This document shows positions 12,194 through 25,400 of a DNA stretch of 64,000 bases, piece after piece. The stretch is taken from positions 7,688,001 to 7,752,000 of the forward strand of contig NC_043006.1 of the NCBI RefSeq assembly GCF_006345805.1. Direction: 5' to 3'. The notes under the pieces were generated by a model, which saw only the letters and a list, made by a program, of their open reading frames with translations, did no database searches and was not told the origin of the DNA. This DNA comes from Octopus sinensis (lineage: Eukaryota). Both the position numbers and the translations under genes were made by a program. Position 1 is the stretch's first letter; the number at the start of each line of letters is the position of its first letter.

Positions 12194-13966
12194 CGACAAC
12201 AGATAGAAGACAACTGACGGAAAACCTTCGATAATTGCTGCTCGATCAGAGGAAGAACAAAATCTGCATTGTGCTGTCAGTATATTTTTGTCACTATAAT
12301 TTGCGTGGATTTTTGTTGTTATCTATGAGTAGATTTAGTTATTGAAATGAATATACTATATAAGGTCATCGATTTGTAAGGGAAGGAATTTAGTAGCGAT
12401 TCAAGCCATGAAAAATTGATCTGATGCAAGGCGCGTATTATTTTATACGGAGAGATGAAAGGCAAGCTGGATGATATTAGATGCTAAAACGCAGTTGCTC
12501 TATTCTTGTGTTTTGCTTACAGAACACCCTAAAAACTGAAACAAAATTATGTTGGTCATCGTAGATCCAGTGTTATGTTGACAGTGAGTCGTCTCATCTA
12601 GTCTCTGTTCACATTACACAGTACTTAGCATTTATTCAGCGGCCTACTTCTTCATAAACATAGGTGGGGAACTAATAGAACATCGAAAGAATGCATTCCG
12701 GCAGTTACAGCTCTATGAGTTCAAATTCGAGCGAAGTCATCTTTTTGTTTTGTATTTTTTTTGTTTTTGTTCTTTTAGGAGGTCACCAAAAACAGTTCTT
12801 TTTCACTGGAAGGAATCGGCTATGGCCAGACTGGGGGTGAGATAGGCTGCACTTGGTTTAGGTACCATCAGCAACGAAAGAAAGTTTTATGGGACGAAAA
12901 CTAGAATTCTACTGTAAACCAATAATATAAAAACTATAAAAATATACATCTCATCTGTTGTGAGCTGTATCACCTGGGGGTTTCCATTGTTTCATTAATT
13001 GATGTTTAAGCATTTATCAATGCCGAGTTATTATTATTATTGTTTTTTTTTTAGGATTACATCAGCTAATATTTTATCATCATGTACCAGGTAGCTTTGA
13101 CCTTATTTTTATAATTGGTGTACATTATATAGAAATAATCAGCGGTAACTGGATCCATCATAAACAAAATAAAAATATATATCTATATCCTAACGTAGTT
13201 TGGTATGTTGAATGCTCCGTTTAGCGCCTGAATAATTATAACTATCGCGATAACTGACGCTAGATTTATCACCCAGCTACAAAGTTGCTGTACCGATCAA
13301 GTGTCGTCTTACAAGAATAACAAAAACACTGGTTATAAGATGAACATAGTTATCTTGCCAAACACTTATGTTATCTGTTATTCCGGAAGTTCCGTGTTGC
13401 ACTTTCTTAAGAGCTTACAAATTCTAAGATGCGTGATTTTGATAAGCTATCAGAGGGAATACTCTGCCAGTAGCAGGCATTCCAGGCATTTCTACTTTGG
13501 TTTTATTAAGAAATTAATATAAGCAAACTGCAAAGAAAAGTGGCGCGTTTAATCATCAAAATTTATTCTGCTATCAAACATATTTTATATCAACGAAATT
13601 CATCGCGTTACAACACCAACGCCAAAAGCAGTTATACTGAAACAGTCACAAAAGTTTGTTATTGTAATATTACAAATCTGAAACATAAAAACAATTTAGA
13701 TATATCTTTCAATTACGTATCTTTTTACGCTAATGCACCCACAAAATCAAAACCTATTTATTAGTTACCATGTATAATTCTGAAGATATGCGCATGTATT
13801 TCTCTCTTTATATACTTCTGCAATTTACTGTATTAAGTCAGGAAGATCAACAGACAATTTTAAATCTAACGATATGTGAGCCCAGGAATGAACTTGTATA
13901 AGAAATCTTTATTCTGTTCTCTACTATCTTGCTGCCGAAACACGGAATGTAATAACATTAAGGATC

Positions 13967-14186
13967 CTTTTATTCTTTTATTCTTTTACTTGTTTCAGTC
14001 ATTTGACTGCGACTATGCTGGAGTACCGCTTTGAGTTGAACAAATCGACCCCAATAAGCTTAGTACTTGTTCTATCGGTCGGTTTTACCGAACCGCTAGG
14101 TGAAGGGGGCGTAAACACACCAGCATCGGTTGCCGAGCGTTGGTGTAGGGACAAACACAGACACACAAACACACATACACACACAT

Positions 14187-14223
<37 letters not shown>

Positions 14224-14415
14224 ACAACAAGTAAATTAGGGGGTGTGGAATCAACTCACTAAGGGATAATACTTATATATGACGAGCTTCTTTCAGTTTC
14301 CGTCTACCAAATCCACTCACGAGGGTTTGGTCGGACCAAGGTGCCACACAGTAGGACTGAACCCGGAAACATGTGGTTGGTTAGTAAGCTACTTATCACA
14401 CAGTGACTCCTGCGT
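13967..14415 (-). mobile_element. SINE family A with a foreign ~50-bp insert in its internal microsatellite
   Basis: Homology to family A; insert at about 14224-14272. Confidence 0.85.
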
Positions 14416-15525
14416 CTATGTACTTTTTGATTTTTTTTTACTTATTCTGAAAAGTAATGCGCAACATTTTTTTTCTGGCTTCCAGAGTTCAGGAGTTAAA
14501 AATACACCCGGTATGATTCATGAGTTCTAATAGATAAGGGGTTTAATGGGGAATACAAGCAACGAGTAGATAAAGGGCAATAATTACACACACATTTTAG
14601 CCCATAGAAGGGAATATATGCTGGCTAAAGGATTGCGAGGGACTGTGTAAAGGTGAGACTTCCAAGCGTGCTTTGTAATATAATCAGTCGCTATTTTGCT
14701 AATAGTAGAGTAAGCAGGGTTTGAGCACAGGTCGACACGGATCCAAATATTATGAGAGAAATGTTCTACTTCAGGAGCCATCTAACCATTTACATTGTAC
14801 TAAAGCTTATTAACTGTTAATAACTTGTTCTGGAGAAAATGTTATGTTATTACTTCATCTCCTTCGCTCGTACAAAACTAAAAATATTCTGTAAGACTTA
14901 TTGATGATGATAAACATTTTGACACTTATTGTTTAGTACAATGTACACGTATCGTACATGTGTTTCACCAACGTTTGATATATTGTTGTTCTGCCTAGCA
15001 TAATACACTTTCAATAATGGCGACTTTGTATTAGGAAAAATCTAATTAAAATTATCTAATTGTTACAGACAGTTTTCAGCACATTAATATTTAATGATGT
15101 TACATGTTGGATACAAGTTCCTGAAACGATATAACAATTGCTTCTAAATTTTGTACCCCCGGCTACACACATTAGATTCTGTGCCGATTTAATCAGCTTC
15201 AGAACTGCAGCCTTTATGTTACTGACTGAAGGCGGATGAAATAATGGCTACGAACTAGGTATGGTATCGGACTAGGTATAATCAGAAAAGGAATGCAGTC
15301 GATCGCTGTACAGTACACCACTAGTATACCATTAGTATTTCATGTAAAGTTCGAAATTAGAGACCATTTCAATAGATTTCAAATGCGAAAGTAGGAAAAT
15401 GACCTACTAACAGTGAGTAGTCAGATTTTGGGAAAAAAAATTATTCGGAATAATGAAATGAAGCTAGAAAATTACTATTTTAAAATCTCACGAGAGATAT
15501 TCAGCAACAGTACTTTGGAGTAAAG

Positions 15526-16020
15526 ATTGTTTGCCAACATAACATAGCAGTCCTGGTTTAGGACGAATGTTGATGTAATTTAGCCCCAGGAGACATCGTC
15601 TCCAGCTGGCTATACGTCATAATCTGTGTCCTTATATTTTCAAACAAGGGAATCTAGCATCCCCACTCAGCTTAAAAGAATATCTGTGTATCACGATTTC
15701 CGGGTTATTTCCCTTCACCAGTACAGAATAGTTGTTCGGCCAGAGGTAAATTATTTATTATTTATTAGAGGTAAAACATAATTTAGCCCCAGGAAACATC
15801 GTCTCCAGCTGGCTATACGACATGATTTGTGTCCTTATATTTTCAAACAAGGGAATCTAGCATCCTCACTCAGCTTAAAACAATATCTGTGTATCACGAT
15901 TTCCGGGTTATTTCCCTTCATCAACACAGAATAATTGTTCGGCTAGAGGTAAATTATTTATTACGATAAAAATATCATACATAGAGGGGACAGCACAGAC
16001 ATATGGGGACATATAACAAT
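15526..16020 (-). repeat. Partial tandem (period ~203 bp) HHR-bearing terminal cassette plus a short LINE-type 3'UTR piece
   Basis: Units at 15581-15760 and 15784-15960; inverted homolog at 17275-17557. Confidence 0.85.
15887..15929 (-). ncRNA. Hammerhead-like motif (best of three copies; others at 15684-15726 minus and 17357-17399 plus)
   Basis: CTGTG TTGATGA A-GGG AAATAA CCC-G GAAA TC GT GA TA CACAG: 5-bp stem I, AUA triplet; C3U change and an A.G pair at the stem II base. Confidence 0.5.
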
Positions 16021-16239
16021 TAAAATAAAATTATAAAAATATGAATGATACATGATAATGATATATGAAGGATGTGCCACTTACCTCATCTCAGCAGCAT
16101 CATTATCGTCCTTTCATATCCAATTAAAGCTAATGCTGTATAGGCCCAGTAATTTATAATAATCTATACCGTCCGGAACTTCATTTATATCGATACTATT
16201 TGTCTGTATTCTGCGCTTTCTTTACCGTTTCTTATTATT

Positions 16240-17335
16240 TTAATCCTGTGTCTTGGCAGCAATGCGCCTAAAACCATTTTTTTCTGTTTTCGTTCCCTTC
16301 ATGTCTATCACTTTTACATCTTTCCATTGCACAAGCTTATCTACCACATCCTTTCTAACACCTTTCAATAAAGCGAAGGAATTCTTACCGCGACCAGCCT
16401 CCTTGGAGAGATTCAAACCCGGTTTCATTAAAAGACGTAATCTGACTGAGTGGCAAAACGAGTATCGACAGGCACTCGTGCTTATCCACAAGACGGGCAA
16501 GGCCGGCAGTGGGAATACTACCTCGGTTTTGTACAAAGGGCTGGCAGAGAGTAAAAACGATGACGTCCTGGGTTTCGACGAGATCCAACTTGCCAACCTG
16601 TTTCAAAAACTTTCAGCCCAGGGTATTTGGATAATTACCAAACATCCCTGACCTAGCAGTGTTATAGGAACGCTTTACCTGTTCGCGAGATGTCATCCAA
16701 GCACGGAATGTCAGTGCCATCGACATGTCCAAGATGTAGGCTGGACGAGGAAACCGTCCAGCACGCTCTTGTACAATGTTGGAAGCTGTCAGGCTTGATA
16801 ATTTACGTTGAGCACGTGTTGTCACACCTAGGAAGTGTACAACTATCAGCTGAATCTATAATAAAGTTTGTACCGCCAATTGGACTCTCAACGGAAGTTG
16901 AGGCATGTTTCCTCTGTACTGTTGCAGTGTTGAAAGAATGCGTGTAGAAGACTAGAATGCAAGGACTCGTGGCGGGAACCTTCATCTCTGGGCCTGGTCT
17001 GCTACTATAGTTCAGACACCATCTGAAGAGGTAGGGCTGGAGAGGAGAATTCTGTCACAAAGTGAGCTCGAATAAAATGGAAGGCTGTGACAAGAAAGGT
17101 GGGTGCAAGTAACCCTACTTAATCCTCGTTTGAAAAAGGAAAGGAATAGCCGCTGGGCCTTCGAGGCAACCGAGTATAATGCCCACAAAAACCTAAACTT
17201 AGAATATATTATATATATCTTTCATCAATATTTTTAATCCATAAGTTATATTCGAACTTATCATAACATTATTTGTGTGTATTGTCCTGTATTGTCCACT
17301 CTTTATGTGATATTCATTATTGTAATAAGGAATTT
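16240..17335 (+). mobile_element. L1/Tx1-type non-LTR retrotransposon 3' fragment (frameshifted)
   Basis: ORF 16690-16947 carries the C-terminal zinc knuckle CPRCRLDEETVQHALVQC typical of L1/Tx1 ORF2; upstream ORF 16253-16651 is contiguous. Confidence 0.8.
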
Positions 17336-17557
17336 GCCTCTAGCCGAACAATTATTCTGTACTGGTAAAGGGAAATAACCCGGAAATCGTGATACACAGA
17401 TATTGTTTTGAGCTGCCTGGGGATGCAAGATTTCTTTGTAGGAAAATATAAGGACACAGATCGTGTCGTATAGCCAGCTGGAGACGATGTTTCCTAGGGT
17501 TAAATTACAGCAACGTTCGTCCTAAACCAGAACTGCTATGTTATGTTGGCAAACAAT
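17336..17557 (+). repeat. HHR-bearing terminal cassette, inverted homolog of 15526-15760
   Basis: Ends at the same nucleotide (...GTTGGCAAACAAT) as the left copy. Confidence 0.85.
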
Positions 17558-17764
17558 GAAATGAAGGCCCAGTAATTTTCTATATCGCCCTCTGAAATCA
17601 TATGACACAATTTGGTTTTATATACTTGTCCGAAATTATAATGAAATTAAACCTTATGCTTCTATCGAAATGTTTGTCCTATAACAATCTTTTCCAGGTT
17701 TCTGAGGTTCATTTAAAAATAAATGCATTTATATTTTTAAAAAAGACAATTTTGATTTTACAAA

Positions 17765-17975
17765 TATTGATTTCAATTTTTGGCACAAGGCCAGCGATTT
17801 CTGGGGCAGCGCTAAGTCGATTAAACTGGCCCTTCAGTATTCAACTGGTACTTATCGACTCCGAAAGGATGAATGACAAAATCAACATCACTGAAATTTG
17901 AACTCAGAACATAAAGACGGACGAAATGGCGCTAATCATTTTGCCTTATTTGCTAATAATTCAGCCAGCTCACCT
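17765..17975 (-). mobile_element. Diverged SINE family D
   Basis: TTTGAACTCAGAAC B-box reverse complement; homology to 57252. Confidence 0.7.
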
Positions 17976-18696
17976 ATTTGATTTTACTGATATTAAATCA
18001 AAATCTGGAAAGATATAGCGGACGTATAAAAGGTGAATGGCACAAGACAAATTTAAAAAAAATGTCAACTCAGGAACGAGAGAAAGTTTGTGAGAAAATA
18101 CGAAATCCTGATAATAAGAAATAGAACACTTTTTAAGGAAAAGTGAATACAAACTAATCGATATAGATGTTTCCACTGACCCACGTGGTGGAATCCTAGA
18201 TTGCCATTTGAAGTTGTTTATTGTTTGTGTTTGTTTTTAGTGATTTTTGTTTTTTGCCTAATTGCTATAACGTAGAAGAAAATGACTTTTGTAACCAGTA
18301 GAAACAACAAATATTTTAGATGTCAGAACGCACTTTCCACGCAAATGAACCTTATAAATTTCATTAAAAGAATAATCCTGCTTGAAATATTTCTTTATTA
18401 ATTTCATGTTTGGATGTCTTGATTTCCTATTCATTAAAACATGCAAATATCCTTTAACAAATCGATATAAATATGATCAAGTAACACTAACGAAAAACAT
18501 TAACGAAATACTATGCACTCGTCCAGCTTTGTAGCAGAAGATACCTTCAATCAAGGTTCTTCATATAGTTCAATTCGTTAAAAAGACCATTTTCCAAAGT
18601 GAGGGAATCAAATATCAACTCAGAGTGGGAAAAACCAACCAGAAGGATCAAATATCATTAGCCAAATTACTGTATTTTAGCAGTCGCACACAACTT

Positions 18697-18883
<187 letters not shown>

Positions 18884-18884
18884 A

Positions 18885-19544
18885 ATTAATAAATTTTAGG
18901 GTAGCAAAAAATTCTAGAAAAATTCTCTGCTTCCAGCGGTCAAGTGAGAAAGAAAAAATAGTCAATAGACTATACAATATAATATACATTCAAACATATA
19001 AGGGACGGCCATAATAGGACATCCGACTCACTAGAAATTAAATCGGCAGTAAACTGCGCTAACGTGGTGGATTTTGAAAATTTATAGCATATAGACGCGA
19101 GGCACGTTTTTCATCGCCTCGTGTATATATGTTGGTCTTTGGCTTTTCTGCTGACGAGACAACGCCAGTGATAAATAAATAATTAAATTAAATTATTTAA
19201 AAAATATTGTCGAAACTATGCATAGTCCAGAAAAGGAAAGGGTAAACGTTTTTATTTCTCTTTCCATTTCAGAATTACAACTATTAGTGGTTTGGAGTTT
19301 GGCTGCTCTTTCTTGTGAGTCAGATGTCCTATTATGGCCGTCCCTTATATGTTTGAATATATATATATATAAATACAGTGTACATTTATACACATAAGAG
19401 GTGGCCATAACAGGACATCTCTTATGTGTTTAAATGTACACTGTATTTTTATATGAATAATATATAGTCTATTGACTAGTATTTTTTCTCGCTGGACTAC
19501 AGGTAGGAAAGAATTTTTCTAAAATGTTTTTGCTACCCTAAGAT

Positions 19545-19546
<2 letters not shown>
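18885..19546 (+). mobile_element. Non-coding fold-back mini-element (inverted tail plus sense pLTR) between (TA)n arrays
   Basis: Inverted arms 18897-18974/19463-19540 and 18988-19031/19316-19358; central HHR. Confidence 0.75.
19143..19235 (+). ncRNA. Canonical type-I hammerhead ribozyme
   Basis: CTTTTCTG CTGACGA GACAA [AT-rich loop] TTGTC GAAAC TATGCATA GTC CAGAAAAG: intact core, 8-bp stem I, 5-bp stem II, palindromic stem III ACTATGCATAGT; predicted cut after 19227. Confidence 0.88.
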
Positions 19547-19610
<64 letters not shown>

Positions 19611-19612
<2 letters not shown>

Positions 19613-21580
19613 CAAAGTAATTTTATGCCACTCGGGTAGAAATATAGAAAAAGTAGTTGAAAATGCGCTGAGAATAGTTAAAATAATTTTTATTCATGCA
19701 TTTAAAGCATTAACCGGTTTCACATTTGACATTGACTTTCCAAAAGTTGAAATAGAAAGACATGACATATATCGCAGCTGTCTTGGACCCGACTGGAGTT
19801 TGAAGCTTTCCCTGTTTTTATAGGGAGTTCATGGCTCAGATTACTATATGTTTTGAATAAGATTTAATTTGTAGAGGTTAGTCACATGACTAGTCTTAGA
19901 AATGTTTGTAGGCTGCCTGTTACGTCCGTGTGTTAGTATCAAGTGACGATGTTTGGCGTCGTAAGTTAAGGCTGGCACGGCTGAGTGAGCGTGTTCAAAC
20001 TGTCAATGCTCTAAATGCTTTCTGTCAAGTGTTTGTAGAGAATAAACACATAATTAACTTTATAATCTTTCGTAAGTCCCCCGATAAGTTCGTGTGTTAT
20101 TGCCACGTAACAGTATATTTTGTGCCTAAAAAGAAGAACGACCCGGTTGAATGAACATGTTTAGTTACAATCGAAGCACTCCAAACTTAATCTGTTTTGT
20201 GGGAGAGTGGACAGGAGTCGTTTGTATGTAATCCAGTGGCAGAATGTATGGGATTTTAAGTACCAGATTGAGTTTCGAGTGTCAATAGTTATTTGTGTAG
20301 GTACTCGTTCGAGTTTGGGAAGTCTTGGTTCATAGATTTGTGTGAAAGTATTTTCTTTGATTACCTGTGCTTAATCTGTCGCATTCGCTGCACATAGGTA
20401 GAGTGGGAATACCTGGAATATGGTGGACTTAATTTGTGCACATATGTCTATGTGTCCACTCAGTGAAATCTGTCTAGTACTGAGGTCGAGTATTTGCTGT
20501 CGGTTAACGATCAGTCTTTTTCTTTGAATGAGCTTTATTTGACCTACCTAATCTTCATTACATTCCTGACATTTGATAGCTTATAATAAATTCCTGAAAG
20601 AACATGTAAAGTCTCTTTTCTACGGTAAAAATCTGTCCTGACTTGAATTTATATGTTGTATCTTCCATAATTCCTGCAATTTGGGCGGCCATACTTTTCA
20701 CTGTTGCTGTAGGAATTGTGGAAGGTAATTTAGCACTTGTGAGGATATTTTTGAGGGACTTTATCTTTTACTTTTCATTATTTTGTGCATTTCGCATGCT
20801 TGTTTCATTCTTGAATCTTGTTTAACTAGTGGGATGTTCTGGGGGATAATGTTGTAAGACTCTGTGTAATAAAGGTTAGAGTATTGGATGTATCTGGAGT
20901 GTTTTTCGTTTTCCGTGGTCCTTCAATATTTACTACTTTGGCACATACTATTCCGCTGTCTATTAACATTAATGCATATCAACTTTTAAGTAGTATCTGT
21001 TTTAGCTCCTGTAGTCTTTTATTTCGAGTTTCAGAGTTTGAGACAGTTATGCAGATTCTTCTTGTCAGATTAAATGGAATATTATTCTTCGTTTGTTTGG
21101 AATGATATGAGGAGAACAAAAAGTATTGTTTAGAATCTGTTTCTAGTGAATGTCTGTATTAATTTTTTTTAGCTATTTTAATGGTTAATATATCCAGGAA
21201 TAGTAGTTGCGTTTTACAGTGTTCTATGATAAAATTAATATTATTGTTTATGCTGTTAATTAGATTTTTTTAATCTATAAGCTGTACAAATGTGTGCGTC
21301 CATAGGATTAGGCAGTGATCTAAGTAACGTTTCCATTTTTCTAGTAGATATTTGTGGCAGTTCAAGCCATATTTTAATTTAGATTGTTCGTATAACTGGA
21401 CCGCCACATATGCCATAACTGGATTGACGTATGTTGGAGCAGCTTTTGTCCCCATCGCAATCCCAGATGTTTATTTGTAAATGTTGCCATCGAAGTCAAA
21501 AACTTGTTTTAGAGAATAAACTTTAAACCTTCAGTGATGAAATTCTTTTCAATTCTGTCAGGGCAGAGTAGAAAATGGCT
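19611..21580 (-). mobile_element. Penelope-like element (RT C-half, GIY-YIG, 3'UTR), decayed; 3' end at (TA)n
   Basis: GIAMGTKAAPTY and KRYLDHCLILW RT motifs; GIY-YIG remnant near 20380-20560; colinear with 45690-47662. Confidence 0.88.
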
Positions 21581-23700
21581 AAATTCAACAGTGCCTTGCG
21601 GGACACCGCTCACTATTTGCGTGTTAATGGAAGTGGCCCCATTGGCTACTACCAACTGACTTCTATCCTTCAGAAAGTCATGAAGCCATTCTCCCAATTT
21701 TCCAACCATTCCAAGATCACGCAGTTTGTGATATATCATTACATGAACGACTTTATCAAAGGCCTTTGCAATTTCGAGATATATGACTTCCACATTTGAG
21801 TGGTTGAGCAATCGTTTCAGCACCCAGTCATAGTGTTGTAGGAGCTGAGTTAAGCAGCTTCTTCCTGGTCGGGAACCATGCTGGGTGCCAGGCAGCAAGT
21901 CATTTTCTTCAAGGAAGGTGATTGGTTTCCTTATGACTATTCGTTCCATGACCTTGATGATGTGTGAGGTCAGAGAGATAGGTCTGTAGTTCTTGGCCTC
22001 TGCTCTGCTACCTCCTTTATGAATAGGGCATATTTTACCTTCCTTCAGTTTTCTTGGAAGTTTGCCAGTTGCAAGGAAGCTCTGAAAGAGGAACTGCAGT
22101 GGTCTTGATAGGACTCTCTTACATACTTTTAGAAGGATTGCTGGGAATCCATCGGGGCCAGTAGCTGAGTTCGTTTTCATTTCATCAATAGCCTTTATTA
22201 CATCGTCTTCCTTTATATTGATGTAATCAATCATCGCTGCCTCTGATTTTATATCTGCAGTGGTAAAGAAGTTAGTTGGATTGCTGACTTGAAAATGCCC
22301 TAGAGGTGGATTGAAAATACTCTTGAATTGCTCATTTAGTATTTCACTTACCCTCATTGGATTTCCTGTGAGTGTGCCATCCTTTTCAAGGAGTGGCCCT
22401 ATCCTACAGTGCACCGTAGCTGTTTCTTTGGCATACCTGTAGAAAGCTCTGGGGTTAGATTTTATGTTGTCTATTGCCCAGGATTCTTTGTCTGCTCTTT
22501 CTTTTTCATGGGAGAGTTGCAGACATTTTTCAATTTCCAACAGTTTTATTTTCAGGCGGGACTTTTCACTGCTTTCAATTTGTTTGTTTAGGCGATTTGA
22601 AACATTTGTACGCTGTCTCATTAGAATTTTCCTCTCTCTGGGGATATTGCTCTTGTGTACAGTGGCCTTTCTCTCTGGGACACATTGTAGCATAAGGCTT
22701 GCATTACAGACATGAATTGTTGAAGTTTCATGTCGATGTCTGGCGAGGATAGACATTCCCGCCCGTTTTGTTTGAGGATCTCTTTCTCAATTTGTTTCCA
22801 GTTTGCCTTATGGAAGTTGAAGCTGGAAAGATTCTGATAGTTTCTTGTAGGCTGCATGTCCATGCTTTCCTTTGGCCCGTACATGATCAGCTCTACCATG
22901 TTGTGATCCGAGAGTAGTGTCGGCGTCACTTTCACACTATAGATGAGATCCATATTATTTGTGAAGCAGAGATCCAGTATGTTACCTGCCCTGGTTGGTT
23001 GGAGTATTACTTGCTCCATCTACAGAGTGTTGATGAGGTCCAGGAGGGACCTCGCCTGTCCTCGTTCACATCGTGTCATTCCTGGGAGAGAAAGGCCCTT
23101 GGGCCATCTGACATTGGGTAGATTGAAGTCTCCCATAAGAAGTACACTTATATGTTGTTCTAATGTGACAAGAACTTCTATTTTTATAAGGCAGTCTTCA
23201 AACTCGCGTACATGGCTTGGGGCATCTGGAGGGCGATATGTAGCACATATAACTACACCAAGTTGCCTTATATGTACAATTAGTGTGTCACACACCGAAT
23301 TTGACTATGACAAAAGGACCTGGGGTGTGAGGTCCTCACGGATGTACATAGCAACTCCTCCATGACTCCTTTCTTTTCTGTCGGTCCGTACTACAACATA
23401 CTGTGGTATGTGTATTTCCGCACCTGCTATGTCCGGTGTCAGGTGTGTTTCCGTAAGTGCTATGCATAAGGCTTAATTGCATGCGACAAAGTCTCTCAAG
23501 AACGGGATTTTTGTTCAGTAGGAGCATCGAGGTGAGGTGTATACTGTTGCCGGCGGTGTCTATTTGCTGTGGCGGTCTTGTGTATTGTGGATAGTTCCAT
23601 CTGCGAGTTTGAGTTTGATGGAGCCAGGTTAGCTGTGGTACAATCTTTTGTGCCATGCACAAAAAAGATTCTCGTTCAGCAGCTGCCTTTCAATAACATG
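21581..23700 (-). mobile_element. CR1/L2-type LINE ORF2 fragment (APE endonuclease plus RT N-half), frameshifted
   Basis: APE motifs IALTETHL, GGVAMYI, YRPP, MGDFNLP, LDLCFTN, LSDH; RT motifs YRPISLTS, QHGSRPGRSC, AKAFDKV, SGVPQGTV. Confidence 0.92.
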
Positions 23701-25122
23701 TTGGCGGTTTGAACACCAATATTCCTATAACACCAATATTCCTTTAGATAATACCAGGTATCAGTCTTTATAGATACAAGCTAAATAAGTAAATAAACAA
23801 TTTTAATTTAAATACTTGAATTATTATACATTTTCTATAAGTCTTCTCTATTGAGGTTAATAAGGTATATATACTTCATCATGGGTTTAGTGATTCAGCT
23901 ATTTTATACCTTCTCTATGGTATTCTACCCTACCTGATCAGTTTATTATTTTCTAATAGCCCTTATGAAATAAACCTAAGTTGTGTATCTCTATAAATTC
24001 ATACTTAGCTGATAAAAAACAATACCAGTATCTTCACAACACAAAATACTGCTTAGATTATAACTTAAATAAAATATAGTTAGCATGTTCTTTCGCCTCA
24101 GTACCCCTTTATTGAAAACCAGTAAATGCCAATGATGAATCTTCATAGATACCATCTAATAAGTTAATATTTAAGTATATAATGTGTATAAATATTAAAC
24201 TATTTCTATGCAATTTCTTTTCCTCCCTCTATTGTAGTAAAATTTGGTATATTCTCATAAGTATTCAGAATAATTTATCGTTTAGTTATAATATTCTTCT
24301 TAATAATCTTCTTGATAATCCTAAATTTTAACTTTATACAATATGGCAATATTATATAAAACATTCAACTATAGTACCCCATGATAAAATTTCTCCTGTA
24401 TTATCATCATTGGTTTACTAGAATCTTGCCCATTTAATTGTCAGCTAACATCTTGATTTAATATTTCCTTTACCAAATCTCATTATATTACTTCAAATTA
24501 ATCTTGATAGTTTTATGACTATACCCACTATGATTTCTGTCGACTCCCTGAGCCCCTTTCCTAACAGATACTGCTCCTTGTTCCTTGGCCTTAGATTTTG
24601 ATATACAAAGATTTCATAAACAAGACTATAAATTAAAACCGACCCCAAAAAGCAGAGACAAGCTAGATCTCTAACAAGTCTTTCTTCCTGATACCTTAGT
24701 AGCTTCTAAGCTGAAGTGAAGACAGCATGTTTTTTGTCTATCTCCTTACCTTCTTGGAGCTTTTAGGTAAAGTTATACTAATGTGTCAATCTGTTTTAAT
24801 TTAATTTAATTTAATTCTATGTATTTATGCAGCTGAGGATTGCTCTGCATTTAAAGTGGTGTAATGTTTGCGTTGTTCAATTAAATGGAGTCGCTTGAAA
24901 CGATCGTATTACATTTCCTCTGGATATCCTGTTGTTTATTTTGATTTTAATTACCTTATTTTGAAACTGTATGAATAATACCGTACTAAATTCTGATGCC
25001 TCAACTTCAGTACCTCATCCATTGAAACTAAATTTTTACTTATGTATGTATATATGCATGTATGTATGTTTATATGTAAGTATTATGTATGTATGTATGT
25101 ATGTATATGATAGGGATGCATG

Positions 25123-25400
25123 GCATATTGGTTAAGGTACTGCACGCGCGTGGTTGCGGTTTCAATTCCTTGACGGGGTGGGGTGCGTTCTGTTCTTGGG
25201 CAAAACACTTCATTTCACATTTCACTGTGATCACTTCGACATCGGTCACGTGGCCCATTGTGTACCTGTTCAGACGACGTCGATGTGATGGAGGGAGTGG
25301 GCTAATTTACGGCACATACATTTGATCACTATAAACAAATAATTTGTGCATGTCATTCGACAAAAGATCAATGCTCCTACGTCGTCTTCGACGGGAGAGT

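Noticed and set aside
16080-16140. Strong minus-strand donor GAG/GTAAGT
   Set aside because: The putative 51-nt exon is closed in all frames and the acceptor is weak.
19705-19750. GAAACCGGTT (and GAAACCGATT at 47553) in PLE 3' ends
   Set aside because: It is probably the position of a hammerhead, but I could not fit a convincing CUGANGA-type core or stem I by eye.
23750-24780. Possible older LINE remnant upstream of the CR1 fragment; similar strand-biased tract at 57950-58720
   Set aside because: Only compositional hints; no motif could be read with confidence.
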